Origin: Octopus sinensis
Taxonomy: Eukaryota
Assembly: GCF_006345805.1 (NCBI RefSeq)
Contig: NW_021832611.1
Span: 62,001-126,000 of the forward strand
Direction: 5' to 3'
Length of the DNA: 64,000 bases
Within the stretch, counting starts at the first letter, position 1, and every line of letters starts with the position of its first letter. Positions 62,161 through 64,000 of the stretch are shown here, one piece after another. The translations under genes and the position numbers were made by a program. Under the pieces are notes generated by a model. It saw nothing but the letters and a program-made list of their open reading frames with translations, was not told where the DNA came from and did not search any database.

Positions 62161-63775
62161 CAGGCATTCTCAACCTTTTTTTGTTCATCGCCCCCTTTGA
62201 AAATTTATCTTCCCCTTTAAAATACAATCTAAAAATTTTTGTGCATTGTACCTTAATTGGTTGTTTTTTTTGTATATAACTAAAAAATCAAAATATAAAA
62301 CAATAAATAAAATGTAAAAATTTAATTTTTACTACAAATTATTAGTGAGACCCTTGATATTGATGTTTACTCGCTAAATATTCAATGTCGGGTTTAATTC
62401 TGCTCAACTTTAGGCGTATATCCCCTCTATAACACACTTCCAGTCTATTTCTTTCACATTGTGTGTTACGATTTACAAAACTATATCCATTTTCAACTAA
62501 ATAAGTCGTAGGAAATGTCAATAGTAAATTTCTGATTTCCTTCCATAAATTTGGAAATTTCATTTGTACATCTTTTGATTGCCAAAATTTAGAGATACCA
62601 TCCTGTTGACATCTGTAAATATATTCTTCATTATATTTCAATTCAATTATCTCTTCTTGGATTGTTTCGTTTATATCTTCTGGCACACATGAAAAAGGAT
62701 CAATCATCCATCCTTTAAATTTCAAAACAAACAAATCTTTGAATCTAGAGATATATCCACTTCTAAGTCCGTCAAATATTGTCATTATGTCATAATATTG
62801 TTTTGGCTGAAATATTTACTTATCGCAGATAGTTGTGAAATGTTTCCAAAAATTTCCAATGATTCGGCAAACAATAAATCCTCATTTAATACACATTCAT
62901 TATCGAAAGACCTAAATTTTATTAAAAATTCGAAAATAACCTCACAAACCCCATTAAAACAGTTTTTAATAATTTTAGAAGCATCTTGATGCATTACATC
63001 CGATATTATTACTTCCAGTGATGGAATTATTACATTTTCTGCGATAGTATGGAAGTTTTCGCAATAATTTCAACAATTTTATAGGAAGCGATCTGCGCAC
63101 CCACAATAATAATAATAATAGAGGCACGTCCGCAAGATCGCAACTTAATGTGAAATCTCGCACTGGCCAGCCACATAAGATCAAGATAGAAAGAGAGAAC
63201 ATGTTATTAGGAACTAACTAATCCAAACGAACGAATCCAAACGAGCTGTCCCCCCGCATCTATTTTTCTCTCGTGCTGTGGCTGATGTAGACATCCGGTT
63301 CCGCAGTGAAATCACTGATGACGGCGTCACTCGTCAATCCTGGGTGCATGTAATGCATGGAACCTTCAGCCGGAATGATAGCAGTGAGATTCGAACCCAG
63401 AGCTTCGCTAAACTGCCAAATTCTTCAAGCACTGCACCACCCGGCGCACCCACAACTACATATAAATAAATGTTAAATAACCATCATGTACTGGCTTTGT
63501 GAATAGCGATTTGATCGTTTTCTTATTTTCAAAATTGTATTTTAAAGTTTGAAAATATTCAATCGGCTTTGACATTTTATCCGGGTGCTTGCGTTTTAAA
63601 TGATCCTGTAATCGTGATGGCTTTATCGCTTTATTTGAGAAAGAAAACTGACAAATAAGACAATATGGCTGTTTTATATCTTCAGTACTTTGAATAAACC
63701 CATATTTTAAATATTCGTTTTGATAATGACGACTTTTCTTATTTGAGCGAGAAGACATCTTAGATATCAAATAAG
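62161..63775 (-). mobile_element. hAT (ZBED8/SCAND3-like) transposon, internally deleted, second end not seen
   Basis: Terminus CAGGCATTCTCAACC at 62161; BED finger (YLKYGF...PYCLIC...IKPSRLQDHLKRKHP); dimerisation domain (FPTTYLVENGYS...GDIRLKLSRIKPDI..L...HQ.QGSH). Confidence 0.85.
63107..63443 (-). mobile_element. full-length tRNA-derived SINE with (TAT)n tail
   Basis: A-box-like GGTGGTGCAGTG (63430-63441) and B-box GGTTCGAATC (63388-63397); TAT repeats at the 3' end; 12-bp TSD GCGCACCCACAA at 63095-63106 and 63444-63455. Confidence 0.85.
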
Positions 63776-64000
63776 AATGTAAAAACAGCGTTCTATTTTA
63801 AATATAAAATTTAAAGATAAACACTATAGAACAATTTGGAATATTTGATGACGGAATCAGTAGAAGAGAACGTTTTAGATTACGTAGGATTGCTAATCGA
63901 ATACTTATTGAGGAAAATATAGCCTACATATACCAAAAGAATAAAAAAGTCAGATTATTCTGCATAGAAGAACAAGAGTTAAAGCTAAAATATATAGAAG

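Noticed and set aside
63380-63445. tRNA gene
   Set aside because: A and B boxes are present, but there is no acceptor-stem closure and it continues into a body, TAT tail and TSD, so it is a SINE.

Overview
AT-rich eukaryotic DNA, not prokaryotic. It uses the standard code and its host genes are split by very short GT-AG introns, mostly about 22-35 nt, a compact style like that of dicyemid, myxozoan or orthonectid parasites; the taxon cannot be fixed from this window. Host genes spliced by eye: WASP, GPATCH4-like, SSDP/SSBP-like, MICU2/3-like, a CREC-type EF-hand protein, a possible CCDC17, RTRAF, PPP1R36-like, RPL23 and POLA2. More than half of the window is nested mobile DNA: three families of TGT...ACA integrase (Ginger2/TDD-like) DNA transposons, three copies of a non-autonomous Helitron, hAT, Tigger and mariner remnants, MITEs, a near full-length GC-rich Jockey/I-like LINE, R4/NeSL-like and RTE fragments, about 9 CRE-clade fragments, a tRNA-derived SINE family and a ~1.9-kb tandem array. 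Best lead: a Ginger2-like element (41605-44068) whose DD35E integrase rebuilds into one 441-codon frame after removing one nested MITE and six 22-27-nt introns; the other transposase families also carry micro-introns, at different positions. Also notable are templated filler insertions, including a 64-nt inverted copy of a neighbouring GPATCH4 exon. All splicing, translation and family calls were made by eye without database searches, and many homopolymer frameshifts may be long-read assembly errors.
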